NCBI RefSeq assembly: GCF_018350175.1
Contig: NC_058368.1
Coordinates: forward strand, 27,096,001-27,160,000
Direction of reading: 5' to 3'
Source of the DNA: Felis catus
Lineage: Eukaryota
Length of the DNA: 64,000 bases
The translations under genes and the position numbers were made by a program. Shown piece by piece: positions 40,352 through 53,750 of the stretch (its first letter is position 1; the number at the start of each line of letters is the position of its first letter). A model generated the notes under the pieces. The model was given only the letters and a program-made list of their open reading frames with translations. It was not told the DNA's origin and ran no database searches.

Positions 40352-40719
40352 TGCTATGGAATGAATTATGTGCCCCCCATTCATGTGTTTAAGTTCTAAC
40401 TCCCAATGTGACTGTACCTGGAGATAGGATCTTTAGGAGGTAGTTAAGACTCCTTGGTATTAAAGGTAGGACCCTAACCAGGTAGGACTGTAGCCTTATA
40501 AAAAGGAAGGAGAGATCTCTGTCTCTCTCCTCACCATGTGATGACACAATGAAATGGCAGCTATCTGCAAGCCAGGAAAAGACTCGTCACCAGAACCTGA
40601 CCATCCTGACATCCTGATCTCAGATTTCCAGATTCTAGACCTGTGAGAACATGAATTTTCGTTGTTTAAGCCACCCAGTCTGTGGTACTTTTGTTATGGA
40701 GCCTGAGATGACTAAAGCA
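40352..40719 (+). mobile_element. MLT1A-like MaLR solo LTR
   Basis: begins tgctatggaatgaatt, ends aagccacccagtctgtggtacttttgttatgg...gactaaagca (TG...CA termini). Confidence 0.85.
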
Positions 40720-41033
40720 TTAATGATGCTGGTTTTTCTCCAGAACAGACTTGCCTGTTCTTCAGCTGGGCATCAGAGAGTGCTTTAGGACAGCTTTTAT
40801 TTAGTTATTTGGCCTGCGGTTTTCCCGACAGCCGAAGTAGTCTAAATTTGAACACCACACCCATGTGAGATCTAGTCTCTTGGTATAGATTTTAAGGGAA
40901 GACTATTATTTATTATATTCATGATTACATTTTTTATCCCGGGAACAGGCAGGACAGGTAGACTTTCTATCTGTTTCCTCTGAGACAGGTTGTTAGCTTC
41001 CAGTGCTCACACACACTGAGAGCGAGGTTTCTT

Positions 41034-41256
41034 TTTAAAAAAAATTTTTTTTTCAACGTTTATTTATTTTTGGGACAGAGAGAGACAGAGCATGAATGGG
41101 GGAGGGGCAGAGAGAGAGGGAGACACAGAATTGGAAACAGGCTCCAGGCTCCAAGCCATCAGCTCAGAGCCTGACGCGGGGCTCGAACTCACGGACTGCG
41201 AGATCATGACCTGGCTGAAGTCGGACGCTTAACCGACTGCGCCACCCATGCGCCCC
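41034..41256 (-). mobile_element. young CAN-SINE (SINEC_Fc)
   Basis: perfect 16-bp TSD gagagcgaggtttctt at 41018-41033 and 41257-41272. Confidence 0.96.
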
Positions 41257-43004
41257 GAGAGCGAGGTTTCTTCAAGTACAAGTTGAATTTAGGAGTCTCT
41301 GGGTTAATAGCCCTCTTTTTCTCCCATTAATATATAAACTCTGGGTCCCTGGTTTAGTCAGTTGTCCTCAGGGAAGCTTTAGCTTCAGGGTTTTCTTACC
41401 ATTATGATTTTAGTTTGTGGGTCCCAGTTTTTGTTAGCTTCCCTTGTTTTCTAGAGAACTCTGCCATGTGTTTATATGTAAGCTTGTTATAATTTATCCA
41501 ACATGTAGGTGTTTTTGACAGGGTAGCTCTCCTGAATATTTAGTCCAACAACAGTTGGAAATACAAGTCTGACACAGTGCTTTTTGCCTCAAAAATACCA
41601 CTTTCTCTTCACATATTGGGCAAGTGCACGATGTTAAGATACACTGAGACTTGAGTATTGGAAACAACCGTGTTTAAATCTCATTTGTTGGTTTTAAGAT
41701 TTTACAATGTGTGTCTGGGGCTGAGCTAGAGTGAGCAAGACCTTCCATCCACACATCTGCATCACTAAAGTACCCCAGTTTTTATCATGTACTTGTTCAA
41801 GATTCTGATTAGCATTTCCACTGTAGGAACAAAATCTCAAAACAGGCACCATCAGTCTGTTGGGCCGATGAGGAAACTATAGCTCAGAAACCCTAGGAAA
41901 GGGGGACAAATAAGACTTTCAGCTTCAAATTTTCCACTTTCTCTACACTGGAGTGCTAGCTCCTTTTCTACAGGTTGTACTGGTCCCCATTACAGCTTTG
42001 TATTTTGATCTTATTTTTTTAAGTGTAGTGTGGATTTCTCAGCCATACTCACAAGAGAGGAAGGAGGATAAGGTGTAAACATTACAGAGTGTGATTACTA
42101 ATTGCCAGAGTGTGAATAAAAGAAATGCAGATCTAGAGGGGTAATGTGACTTTTTTTTTTTGATCTGATAGTGAACAAATGAGCTAAGATTGTGATCCAG
42201 ATTTTTCCACTGCAAATCCACTCATTTATACATGTTGTTTTAATGAGATAATATTAAATCTGTCTTTAAAGTATGTCAAAAAATTTTTTGAGAGTGCACA
42301 CTTCAACTTTAGCACATCAGTGTGAAAAAGTAAAATGAACTAATTTACTTAAATTAATAGAAACATACATAATCTTCATTGAGATTTTTTTTCCCCAGGA
42401 GCCAATTAGAAATGAAATATTTTGTTTATCTTGTCCCATTTTACTTCAGAAACGTAATTTGCGCTTCTATTTCCATTGCTTTATCAGAAAGGCAGATTAA
42501 CTTAAAAAGCATCCTCTGTTCTCAACTGTGTCTTTCTCATTGTAGATTTAAAAGGAAAAATGCACAGAAGTTAATGGAATCAGAGGCTAGTCCCTGAAAC
42601 CATTTCCACATGGTCAGTCTAAATCATTATTTCTAGTGTTTATGGCTTCTAAAATGAAGTATAGCTTCTAAACTGACAATTAAAGAATAGCGTGTATGTT
42701 TTTTTTTTTAATTTTGAATTAAATCGTTACCCAGATAAATATAACAACATATGTTTAAAAATGAAGAAAACGGCTACAGAACTTTGGGAGGCTTTGATTT
42801 GAGTCTAATGGTTCCAATTATAGATTGGAACATCAAGTCAAGATGAGCTATACTGCCAGTGCATTAGGCAGTTCTTTCTAGAAGTGTGAGGTTTTTGTAT
42901 TTCTGGGGAAAAAAATACTGATAGATTATCCTAGCCATCATAAAGAATGGAATTGACAGGTAAGTATTCTGCAGGTAAAAAGCCATTCTCACCCTGTCAC
43001 TCAG

Positions 43005-43270
43005 GGATATGAGTCAGCAATATAGGGCTGTTATCCAAAAGAAGAACACGATCTGGGGTTGCATTAACCATAATGTAACACACAAGAATCATAAAATAAT
43101 CCACTCACAGTGTTCAGCGTTGATAAAGCCCATATTTGAGTCTAATTTTCATCTCCATATTTTAAACATAATATCAGGAAATTGGAGATGGGCAAGAGTA
43201 AAGAAACGAAATGATTTGAAAGTACAAAAACTTTCTTGGCCGAAAACTGGAAGTGGAATTCTTTATAACT
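43005..43270 (+). mobile_element. L3/CR1 LINE fragment
   Basis: atgagtcagcaa...cgatctggggttgcattaac...gttcagcgttgataaagcccatatttgagt resembles the CR1/L3 RT C-terminal region. Confidence 0.6.
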
Positions 43271-44182
43271 GAGAAGGGAGAGCAAAGGGGTAGCATGAGA
43301 GTGGTTTTGAGTCACTCTTCATCTGTAGCAGAATTGGGACTGATAGGGGCCTCTTGTCCTAAGCGTGCCTTTCAGGGTGAAGTTCTTAACTAGAAGCAAT
43401 GGCCATGATGCCAGGGCTGGTTGTTCTAGTAGCAGTTCTCAAACCTAGCGCCTACTCCTTGAAAGTAGAGGAGTATGTTGTCTTACTGGGTTAATTCTCA
43501 CAGTAATTCCAAAGTCAAATATGAGCCAAAACTAGGAGAAAGATAGAGCCTTATCTTTATGCTAGTGGTCATGAGAAGGCAAAACTTGTCCCTGCTGTTT
43601 GTTGAGAGTGAGGGCCGGGCTAGGCATTGTGGAGAAAGAAATGGAGAGGTCCCAGCCTTTAAGGAGCTCACTCTCAAGAGATTGCCAACACAGTTGATTA
43701 GTATTGAAAGATATGTAGAAGCTTGCCAGTTAGACAGGTGCTAAGAGACCATTATTCAGAGTGAAGATTAAGTATCATGTTTGCATGGAATGCTGGGTGG
43801 GCACCAAGTTTGGACAGAGGGCAGAGATTAAAATTGGATGGTTAGGTGGGTGTCACAATATGAAGGCACTTTACCAGATAAATAAACTTATTGTCACTCT
43901 GTTGTCAACAGTGAGCCATGTGACTTGAGACAATCATATTTTTGTCTTATAAGGATCTTCTGGGGACAGTTTAAAGTCTGACATTGCCCAACTTAGAGAT
44001 GGGGGAGGCAGTGGCCTGAGGAGACACAGGAAGACCCGCAAAGACTCACAATGCATTTCCTTCTTGGAGAGTACCCATGGAGATAAGAACAGATGGGGTG
44101 GAAGGGCCGTAAAGAATTTAGGAGGAAGAATCAATAGGTCTTGGAAAGTTATATGGCAGAGTAGTAATTGAGAGAATTGGTG

Positions 44183-44645
44183 GTGTTAGTATCTTATTGT
44201 TGCTGTGACAGATTACTACAAACTTTGTGGCTTAAAATAATAACAAAATTGTTATCTTACAATTCTGGAGGTAGTAAGTCTCAAATGGGTTTCTTTGGGT
44301 TGAATCAAGGAATCAGCATGGCAAGGCTATACTCCCTCCGGACACTCTAGAGGAGAATCGTCCTTGCTTCCTCCAGCTTGTAGGGGCTCTTTATATTCTT
44401 TGCTTCATGGTTCCCTTCAAGCTTCAAAACCAGCAATGGCCAGTCAAGTGTTCCTCACAAAATCACTCTAACATTGACTCTTGGAAGTGCTTTTGTGACT
44501 ACCTTGATCTACCTGGATCCACTTGGATAATCTTAAGACCCTCAATTAAGTTATATCTGCAAACATTTTGCCATATAAGGTAACATAACCAAAGGTTCTG
44601 GATATTAGGGTGTGGACATCTTTGGAAGACCATCCTTCTTCAGCT
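44183..44645 (-). mobile_element. MLT1 (MLT1C-like) MaLR LTR
   Basis: ttgctgtgacagattactacaaactttgtggcttaaaa...acaattctggagg...ccatataaggtaacata...ggatattagggtgtggacatctttgg. Confidence 0.8.
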
Positions 44646-44676
44646 TCTCTCAGTTTGGAGGGAGAAAGTGAGTACA

Positions 44677-44682
44677 CAACTG

Positions 44683-44725
<43 letters not shown>

Positions 44726-45436
44726 GAATATTACTCAGCAATCAAAAAGAGTGAAATCTTGCCATTTACGATGACATGGATAGAGCTAGAGTGTATTATG
44801 CTAAGCAAGATAAATCAGAGAAAGACAAATACCATATGATTTCACTCATATGTGGAATTTAAGAAACAAAACAGGTGAACATAGGGGAAGGGAAAAAGAA
44901 GAGAAGGAGGCAAATCATAAGAGACTCTTTTTATTTTATTTTATTTTATTTTATTTTATTTTATTTTATTTTATTTTATTTTATTTTATTTTATTTTATT
45001 TTATTTTTTTATTGATTTTTGGGACAGAGAGAGACAGAGCATGAACGGGGGAGGGGCAGAGAGAGAGGGAGACACAGAATCGGAAACAGGCTCCAGGCTC
45101 CGAGCCATCAGCCCAGAGCCTGACGCGGGGCTCGAACTCACGGACCGCGAGATCGTGACCTGGCTGAAGTCGGACGCTCAACCGACTGCGCCACCCAGGC
45201 GCCCCAAGAGACTCTTAATGAAAGAGAAAAAACTGAGGGTTGCTCAGGAGGGGAGGTGAATGAGGGATGGGCTAAATGGGCAATATGTATTAAGGAGGAC
45301 ACATGTTGTGATGAGCACTGGGTGTTGTCTGTAAATGATGAATCACTAAATTCTGCTGCTGAAACCAATATTACCCTATATGTTAACTAACTCGAATTTA
45401 AAATAAAAACTTGAAACAAAAGAAAAACAACAACAA
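44677..45436 (+). mobile_element. 5'-truncated carnivore L1 3' end containing (CA)n and a nested SINE
   Basis: tggaatattactcagcaatcaaaaag...gaaagacaaataccatatgatttcactcatatgtggaatttaag...gatgagcactgggtgttg; approximate TSD aaagtgagt. Confidence 0.9.
44930..45205 (-). mobile_element. young CAN-SINE (SINEC_Fc) with long (TTTTA)n tail
   Basis: TSD aagagactctt at 44919-44929 and 45206-45216. Confidence 0.96.
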
Positions 45437-46261
45437 AAAGTGAGTGTAGTTTATGCGTATGAGGCTGATAAGCTGGGGACACATAGGTATATGATTTTTA
45501 CCTGGAGATAGATTTTGATTTAAGACTTTGATCTTCATTTAGTGTTGAAGCCGTGAATAGTAGTGAGCTCTGAAATGGCAAAGTGTGCGGTGTGGGAATG
45601 AATTAAGAGCGGAGTATGGGGGCCTGATGATCACTGAGATATCAGGGCAGATGGAGGAGTTGCGGAGACGAAGGGGCATCAGAGAAATAGGAAAACCAGG
45701 GACAGATGTCTCAAACACCTGAGAAGGGCACATTCTAAGCGAGGGATGGGGCAACATGAGGAGGATGAAAAAAAAAAAAAACTGCTAGATTTCCCTCCCA
45801 GAAAGTGTCAACTATGTCAACTTCTTTGTTTGACGTGGTCTTAAAATAAACTGTAGCTTTTGTACTTGGGACGAACCAGAAATTTGTCATTTCATTGGAC
45901 TTCATTGCTTTTGAAATTATACCCAGAATAACAGGTTTATATCGAAAGTCCAGGCCTCAAGAAGCGTTATCAACACTGGTGGGAATGTGGCCTTTTTGTG
46001 CCATTTGAGCTTGATGTCAGTTTCTCACGTTAAATCCCATAGTCTCTGCCCTGTTTAATATTCCGTTCTTCGCAAACCTTCTGGTGCAATTTTGATAGGA
46101 CTGTTGACCCTGCTGCGCATAACAAATTACACACACGCTTTGAAACTTGACACGATGACTGTCTCACAGGCTTGTACATTTTCAGTGAAATTTTAGAACA
46201 CAGGTTAATGTTTGAAATTCGTGGAAATGAAACATGAAAAGGATGCATATGTGTAGTGGGG

Positions 46262-46272
46262 TGTGTGTGTGT

Positions 46273-46323
<51 letters not shown>
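46262..46323. repeat. (TG)n microsatellite
   Basis: seen directly. Confidence 0.95.
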
Positions 46324-46325
<2 letters not shown>

Positions 46326-46881
46326 GTACTTGCTTCCAAACCAACAACCTAATGAGACCAACGATTCCATCCTGACTCCATGTCCTGCACTGATGCTTTC
46401 TAGCTTCTAGCTGCTTTTTGGCTCCTGCAAAGGCTGTTACCGTCAGCTTACTGGCTGGCTGAGGGTAATTAGAGTTTCTCAGTCTGGAGCCGGAGTGAAT
46501 TTCATGCTGCCATGATTCCGGCTGCAGGATGATAGTGGGGCTGGCGTGGGTACTGCCTCGCTGATGTTCAGATTCTAACTTTTTATTCCACACACATGCA
46601 GTAACATTTTAAGGAAAGCCATTACTCCTAAGTCTTCAACTTGCTTTTGCTTTCATATCTTGGATTTTTGTGTTGTTACACCGAAACATGAAAGTGTATA
46701 AAGATCTGTAGTTCCGATCTTGCATTGATCAGAACACAGAGATGCATGGGCGCTTCCCCTCAAAAAAGTTTCTAGACTGATAGGAGAAGTAGTGCTTTGC
46801 ACAGATACCTGTAATACAGGGCAGGCTGCGATAAGTGCTTGCATGAGAGAAGGAAAAACTTTTCAGTTCAGTAAAAAAGAG

Positions 46882-47012
46882 AGCTCAGAGCCTACAGTCT
46901 GCTTCAGATTCTGTGTCTCACTCTCTCTGCCCCTCCCTTGCTTGCTCTCTCTCTCTCTCTCTCTCTGTCAAAAATAAATAAACATTAAAAAAATTTTTAA
47001 GCTAAAAAAAAA
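46882..47012 (+). mobile_element. 5'-truncated CAN-SINE
   Basis: starts at agctcagagcct, has the CT linker and A tail, lacks the tRNA head. Confidence 0.85.
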
Positions 47013-47329
47013 GAAGTTTCTGATTGTGAGGAGAATCAAGGGAGCTTTTCTTATGAGTTAATGTTTAAATTTGGTTTTGACGGGTGGATAGGATATTCAG
47101 AACTGGGAGCAGGTTTGGGCTCATGACATTTCAAACACCGATGCAAACTTGGCAGAAGTCAAGAGATAGGATATGGCATACGTATGCGGGAGACTGAACA
47201 GCAAGGTCGTTGGAGTGGTGGCATTAATGTGGAAATGAAAACTATCATACTCTAAAAGGCATTGAATATCATAGTGAGGGATTTGGTGCTACCAGAATTT
47301 TTTCTTAAATGTTTGATCTTGTTATTTTT

Positions 47330-47594
47330 TAAATTTTTTTTCTTACACGCCTCAAATAAATTCCATTTGGCCAGGTACATTATTATTTAAATCAGATTCT
47401 ATTTGTCAATATTTAGTTTAGGATTTTTGCATTGCTGTTCCTGAGTTTGCTCTATAATTTTCTTTTTGGTGCAGCCTGTCAGGTTTTAGGCTCAATGTTA
47501 CTATTGCTTCATAAACTCTGGAAGAGTTTTAAATGGTATTGGAATTAACCTGTGTTTTAAAGGTTTGGCATGTTGTGCCATGAACCCATCCAGG

Positions 47595-47634
<40 letters not shown>

Positions 47635-48570
47635 ATAGTTTTGGTGGCAACTATTTAACAACTTCCTTCATTTAAATGGTAATTGTCTAATGCCATCTTC
47701 TCTCTCTTCTGGAAGCAGTTTGGCATGCCATATGTTCCATAAATTATTTCTGTCATCTAAGTTTTGAAATTTATTTGCACAAACTAGTCTGTTATGATCT
47801 TTAAAATATCCTTTATATTGGCATTATTTTCCTCTTATTAAGTTTCTGGTTTTGTATAATTGTATCAGCCTTCTTTCTCATTCCCCACCCCCCCAACCCG
47901 ATCTGATTAGCCAACAGTGTAAGTACTAGCCTTTTGGTTTATTTATTAATCCTCTACTCTTCTTTCTTCCAATTAATTTGTACTATGTATATCAATTCCT
48001 TTTTCTGCTTTGTGTAGTTTTTGTTTCCTTTAACTTCCTAACTTGAATGCTTAATGGAATTTTTATTCTTCCTTGTTTATTAATAAACTAAGTCTGTGAA
48101 TTTTCCTTTGAGCACTACTTTAGCTATCCCATGAATTTTTTTATAAGTTGCTTTCTAGATGCTTTCCTTTTTTTGACCCTAGAAGTATGGGACAGATTTA
48201 AAATTTTCAGAACACAGAGCATATTTTTTCCTAGTGTTGTGAGTAATTGATAGTTTTATTGCATTATAATAAAAGAATGTTTCCTATACTTCCCTGTTTT
48301 GGGGAGTGTTTTGTGGGTTTTATTTGTGGCATAATAGATTGTTGAATTTTGTGCTTGTTTGACAGATTTGGAAAGGAAAGATATGTTCTCTCTAGGGTGC
48401 AGATATGATCCATATTACCTAGACCTTACCATTTTAATTGTGGTATTCAGATCTTATGTGCCATTATGTATTGTGTGTATGTGTGTGTGCACTTGATTTA
48501 TCATGAACAGAAAGAGAAAGTTTTCTGTCCTTAATCTGTTTCTATATTTTTCTACATTTTCTCCTTGCTC
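47330..48570 (-). mobile_element. ancient L1 ORF2 fragment
   Basis: T-rich antisense L1 (ggatttttgcatt, catgaacccatccaggc, tttgagcactactttagctatccc, ttttattgcattataat). Confidence 0.7.
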
Positions 48571-48582
48571 CCCCTCAAATGT

Positions 48583-48750
48583 GACATTTTAGGTGGGGCA
48601 GTTCTTCATGGTGAATGGCTGTCCTGTGCATTGCAGAATATTTAGCATTTTCATCTCCCGCCTAGTAAAGGCCAGTGGGGTCCTCCAGTTCACTGTGACA
48701 ACCAAATACACCCACTAAAATACTAGGGACATTATCATTTAGAATCACTT
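48583..48750. mobile_element. MER20-like hAT MITE fragment
   Basis: gacatttt...ggctgtcctgtgcattgcagaatatttagca...gtgacaaccaaa. Confidence 0.7.
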
Positions 48751-48773
48751 CAGGTTGGAAAATAATGCTTTTT

Positions 48774-49019
48774 ATTTATTTTTTTATTTTTTTTTAATTT
48801 TTTTTTTATTTTTTTTCAACGTTTATTTATTTTTGGGACAGAGAGAGACAGAGCATGAACGGGGGAGGGGCAGAGAGAGAGGGAGACACAGAATCGGAAA
48901 CAGGCTCCAGGCTCTGAGCTATCAGCCCAGAGCCTGACGCGGGGCTCGAACTCACGGACCGCGAGATCGTGACCTGGCTGAAGTCGGACGCTTAACCGAC
49001 TGCGCCACCCAGGCGCCCC
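48774..49019 (-). mobile_element. young CAN-SINE (SINEC_Fc)
   Basis: perfect TSD aggttggaaaataatgcttttt at 48752-48773 and 49021-49042. Confidence 0.96.
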
Positions 49020-49556
49020 AAGGTTGGAAAATAATGCTTTTTAAACTTTTCCCTTCCATCTATGGGATAGTTCTATATGACTTGTGAGAAAAGTTAAGAT
49101 TTTTTAAAAACTCTTTTTTTAATTGTGTCTGAAAGAAATTGTTTTTTTCTTTTTCTTTTTCTTTTTTTCTCCTCTCTGGGGATTGGCTGAAACCATCATG
49201 AAATAGTGATGCCAGAAGGAGCCATGAAGAATCAGAGATTACTAAAATTGCTTGGGTCAAGACTTTCCCCTTCCAATATTGTGCTCTGTGTTTGGGTACA
49301 AGAGACTACAAGGTCTGTCAAATAAACTAACTCTTCCAATAACCTTAAAATAAATCTATATATCATATTTCAACACAGAGTTCTAACTTTTATTATCATC
49401 TGCCACAATCAATCTCCCAAAGGGCAAGCCATATTAAATTGACAAGTTCTTGAGTGTAAATATGGCATGCTAAATAACATATATACTTTAAATTGAAAAC
49501 TTGTCAAGATTCTCAAATAAACTCCTAAGGACTCAAGCAAGTCTCTGTGTATACAG

Positions 49557-49558
<2 letters not shown>

Positions 49559-49602
<44 letters not shown>
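49559..49602. repeat. (CA)n microsatellite
   Basis: seen directly. Confidence 0.95.
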
Positions 49603-49605
<3 letters not shown>

Positions 49606-50978
49606 ACGATCAGCATGCCATTGAGAAAGAGTGGAATCTTACCTATAAAAATACACTCTGAAGTTCTTTGAACTTAAGATGAGCTAACTAAAATTTGTGT
49701 GCAAACAGTGTGGGAGGAATAGAATAATTTCAAAGCAACTTTTGGCTAGCTCATCAGAATTTCAAAGAATCCCCTCCCCCCACCACAATGTGTGTACAGG
49801 ATTTGAAACAGCTTAGCTGAGGCTAACACACACTGACATCAAAGTCCTTTGTAGGGTGGCTGAAAATGACTTTCACTGCTATGGAAAGGAGAATAAGAGT
49901 ATTTTTAGATATTCACCTGAGCATACAGGAACTGTTCTTGGTGCAGCTATTCTGGTCAGCACTTGAATAGACCTCGCAGAGAAGCTGCTCCAAATCTACC
50001 ACTGGTGAGAATTAAGTTATACTATATTCGTTGAATGCTCATAACAGTACTTATTGGTGCTAAAAGTGTCCATTGTTTACAAACAACAACAACAACAACA
50101 ACAAAAGCTGAAGGTTAACGGACTAAACACACACAGACTGCTAATTTGCAGTCTATCAGAGTAAAATAAAACTCCATTTCACATAAAATTAATGCAGAAT
50201 GCCATTTAATTGATCTTTTCTGGTGTGGCAGGTGACTTAGGGTTTTCTGTATCTCAGTGATGTGAGTATTCCAGGTTATATCCAGATACCACAAATTTGG
50301 AAGAAGCCCATGGATTCATTCTTTGACTCTGAGCCTGGGTTTAGATTTTCAGGTCTCCCCTTCCTTTAAGAAGACCCAGTCACCACCTCACGTCCCCCTG
50401 CATACATAGTTTTTGATGCCCACCCCCACCCTCTGTGCTAGTCCTGTTGGTGACCCTCTGAAAGAACCCCTGGGAGCTACCCTTCCCTATGCTAAGGCCT
50501 CTTTGGGAGAGGTCGGCTTGTTCCCAGTTTCCTATCCCTCTATCTGTAATCAAGATATGGGCTTCTTTGGACTTGGATATATTTAAATTTAACTCTCCCA
50601 TTAAGAACTGTAGTGTTTTTCTTTTCTTTTTTTTCTGGCTCATTTGCAGCTTCTCTCTTTTAGGCTTATTCTTAGTTTTCTTTAATATGAGGCTACTAGG
50701 CAAGCCTAACTTTTTGTGTCTCCAAGAACATCTGAGCTCCAGTTCCCATGTTTATCTACTCCTAATTCAATGTAGTCTCATGAGGAGATCAGGAACGTAG
50801 ATGTCAGTGGTCAGAGGTCAACAGGAAGTTCCCCATGTACCAAGAAGAGATTGACTCTCTTGTGAAAATAGTACAAATACATGTCCTGGATACAGGAGGC
50901 TGACATGCTCCTCATTTTTGCATTTGGGAATTGTGCTATATACTTCTTAATTTCAGTGTAGAGTGTTAGTCATGACCT

Positions 50979-51200
50979 TAGGATCATAGGGTTGGAAGAG
51001 TAGGAAGGGCGATATTAAAACTTAAAAGTAAATGACTTTATGATGCATAAATCCTCTCTTCAGTATCTCAATCAAGTAGATACTTAAGTCTCTGTTTGAA
51101 CACTTCTGGGTACAGATAACTCGCTCCGAAAACCATCTAAGGTTGGAAAATCCTACATTTTGTTAAACCACCATTCTTTTCTCTGTGACTTCAATCCATT
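50979..51200 (-). mobile_element. L3/CR1 3' end fragment
   Basis: ggatcatagggttggaag...agtctctgtttgaacacttc...aggttggaaaatcct. Confidence 0.5.
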
Positions 51201-51209
51201 GTGGAATTT

Positions 51210-51430
51210 ACATTTAGTGAGTACTTAGTAGGTCCCAGGCACTATCCTATATACTTTTAGTCTTCAAAAAACCCTATGACATAGCTAATATTAATAACTT
51301 AATTTTACCAGTGAGGAAAACAAGTTATAGAAAGGTTAAACAGCTTATACAATGCCACACAACTAGAAATAAAAACTGAAGGAACTAGGACTCCTATCTA
51401 GGCCGTAGGATCTCTCACCCAGTGCTATTC
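51210..51430 (-). mobile_element. MIR SINE
   Basis: catttagtgagtacttag...ccaggcact...attttaccagtgaggaaaa...gaaaggttaaacagctt. Confidence 0.75.
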
Positions 51431-51574
51431 ATTGACCCTACAATATTCAAAATCTAGTATAATCTCTAGAATAGACGAAATTAATAAGCATTTTTCAGTG
51501 ATAAAGTTTTCTAAATCATTGGAGAGAGGAGATGGGATGTGGAATTAAGTCAGGGAATGATATTTGGATTTCTT

Positions 51575-51840
51575 GTTTATTCATTCATCAAATGTACCCA
51601 CTAAGGTGTGGCACCCTTAGAGATGCCGCAGATAAAGCAGTGAATGAGGTATACCAGTCGTGCCCCAATGGAGCTTACATTCTAGAGAGGGGAGGCAGAT
51701 GGAAGCAGATAGTGAACCAGAAAGTATCAGATAATGATCAGAGGGAAACCAAGCAAGGTAATATGGTTGTAACTGTTGAGTGATTCTACTTTCGATAGGA
51801 GGCATTCTACTTTCTGAGGAGGTAACATTTGATCTGAGAA
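51575..51840 (-). mobile_element. L2 3' end
   Basis: tttattcattcatcaaatgta...ggagcttacattctag...tctgaggaggtaacatttgatctgag. Confidence 0.7.
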
Positions 51841-52869
51841 CAGATATTTGGTATTTACATTTATTTTATTATTTAGAATTAGAAATGTGAGCTTTCCAAT
51901 GTATCAAAAATTGTGGTAATAAAATAAAATCCTCCTACAACATGAACATAATACATTTTCCCCAACTTACCTCTTTTCCTTTATCCACAATATAGTGGGT
52001 TTGAGTCAGCTCTGAGTGGAGATAGCTGTTATTGATATTCCCAGGTTATATTTAAATCTTTCCCAAGCAGAAGAGAAGCCAGGGGGGTCTCATGTACTTT
52101 GATGTCTATCCTGTGATTTTAATGACTTCTCAGTGTTCCTTCTAAATTATGTTTAGGTCTGTACATCTTCTTTGTGTCAGAAGCCAGATGGTTTCAAATG
52201 ACTGTCCTGTGTAATCAGACAAACTCTGAGCAAAACTAGTTGTTGTTGTTTTTTTTTTATTTCTTCTCTTTCCTGTCTGTAATTATATATTACATGTGCA
52301 TTTGATTGGATCACATAGAGAGTCAATGTCAGTTTCTGGTTTCCATTTCCCTTTCTCTGTAGTTTCCCATTTTAAGCAGCTCTTTATTCCATAGGTTCTG
52401 TGACTGTGGGTAATTACAGTAGCTGTGACTTTAAGGATTAAGGCTTTCCTCTGTAAGGACTATCAATTAGAATAGGGACATGGAAGCAGACAGCCGTCAG
52501 TCCACAGAGAATGCCAGGAGTTTCAAGAGTTATCTAGAGGTGCCATAAGTGTTTGTGCTTTCTGTCTGGAATACATCTCCTTACAGAGTTTACATGTGTG
52601 TGTGTTTGTGTGTCTCAGACCCTCCTTATCTCTGAAGATTTAACAAAAACAGCCACCATTTCATGGTTTCGGGCTTTTCCTGACACTCGTTTCCTTGTCT
52701 ACGCACATCCTCCTCCACCCCGTTGGCCTCCCTCCTAAGTAGCTGTATCCTGGATTCGGCTCCGGTGCTTTATGGCACACGCACACGCTTACATATGTAC
52801 AATTCTGCGCTGCACTGAGATCCTTGACGCCGGAGACCAGGGACCGTGCCCTCTTCTTATTCATTTTCT

Positions 52870-53075
52870 TATTTTTTTATCGAGGTGGACTTCACGGAAC
52901 AAAAAAAGTAACCATTTTAAAGTGAACAGTTCAGCAGCATTTAGTACATTCAGTGTTGTGCAACCACCATGGCTATCTAGTTCCAGAGTATTTTCATCAT
53001 CCCCCAAGGAAACCCCATACCCGCCAAGCAGTTGCTCCCTGCACCTCCCTCCCCCCAGCCCCTGGCAACCACTTT
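52870..53075 (-). mobile_element. L1MB-like 3' end
   Basis: accattttaaagtgaacagttcag..gcatttagtacattcagtgttgtgcaaccacc...cccagcccctggcaaccact. Confidence 0.8.
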
Positions 53076-53098
53076 GTGTTTATTTTTGTATCCTCGGC

Positions 53099-53220
53099 GC
53101 CTTGCATAGTACCTGGCTCAGTACCTTGCATAGCACCTGGCTCAGTGCCTTGCATAGTACCTAGCTCAGTACACCTTGCATAGCAGCTGACTCAGTACTT
53201 TGTATGGTACCTGGCTTAAT
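53099..53220 (+). repeat. 24-bp minisatellite, 5 copies, within an L2 3' end
   Basis: unit (g/a)ccttgcatag(t/c)acctggctcagt at 53099, 53123, 53147, 53171 and 53197; followed by aataaatgtttgctagaataatgaatg. Confidence 0.9.
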
Positions 53221-53410
53221 AAATGTTTGCTAGAATAATGAATGGATTACTCATTTCTAAAAGGAGAGGAACTGTCTTTATTTAAATTGCTTCACCCATT
53301 CCCACTATTTTGGACTAACAAGCATGAGCCAGGCAGTGTGCTGGGAGCAGGTCATGGAGCAGTGAACAAAACGGACATGTCCCTGCCCTCATGGAGTTTA
53401 TGAATGAACC

Positions 53411-53750
53411 CAATGCCGTCCAACCGAAATAATAGGAGATCCACATATGTAAACCTTCCATAGCTACATGTATTAGTTTTTTGTTACGGCCATAAAAATT
53501 ACCACACACTTCGTGGCTTAACACAACCTACATGTACTCTCGTATAGTGTACTAAGGTCACAACACTAATGTAGTTCTCACTGGGCTAAAATCAGGTGTC
53601 GACAGGGCTACATTCCTTCTGCAGAAATCCATATTAAATCTTGCAAATATCATGTGTGTTTCACACGAAAGCACATCAGCTTGAATTAGCCATATTTCAA
53701 GGGCTCAGTAGCCACATATGCGTGGTGTCTACCATATTGAACAGCACAGA
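53411..53750. mobile_element. MER33-like MITE interrupted by an MLT1 LTR fragment (about 53469-53625, minus strand)
   Basis: gccgtccaaccgaaata...tagccatatttcaagggctcagtagccacatatgcgtggtgtctaccatattgaacagcacag; internal tgtattagttt...gtggcttaacacaac...gggctaaaatcaggtgtcgacagggct. Confidence 0.65.

Noticed and set aside
46030..46593. 187-aa minus-strand ORF
   Set aside because: Runs through a (TG)n microsatellite (HTHT repeats); no domain.
53099..53220. CRISPR-like repeat array
   Set aside because: Head-to-tail units with no spacers, mammalian context and no cas genes.
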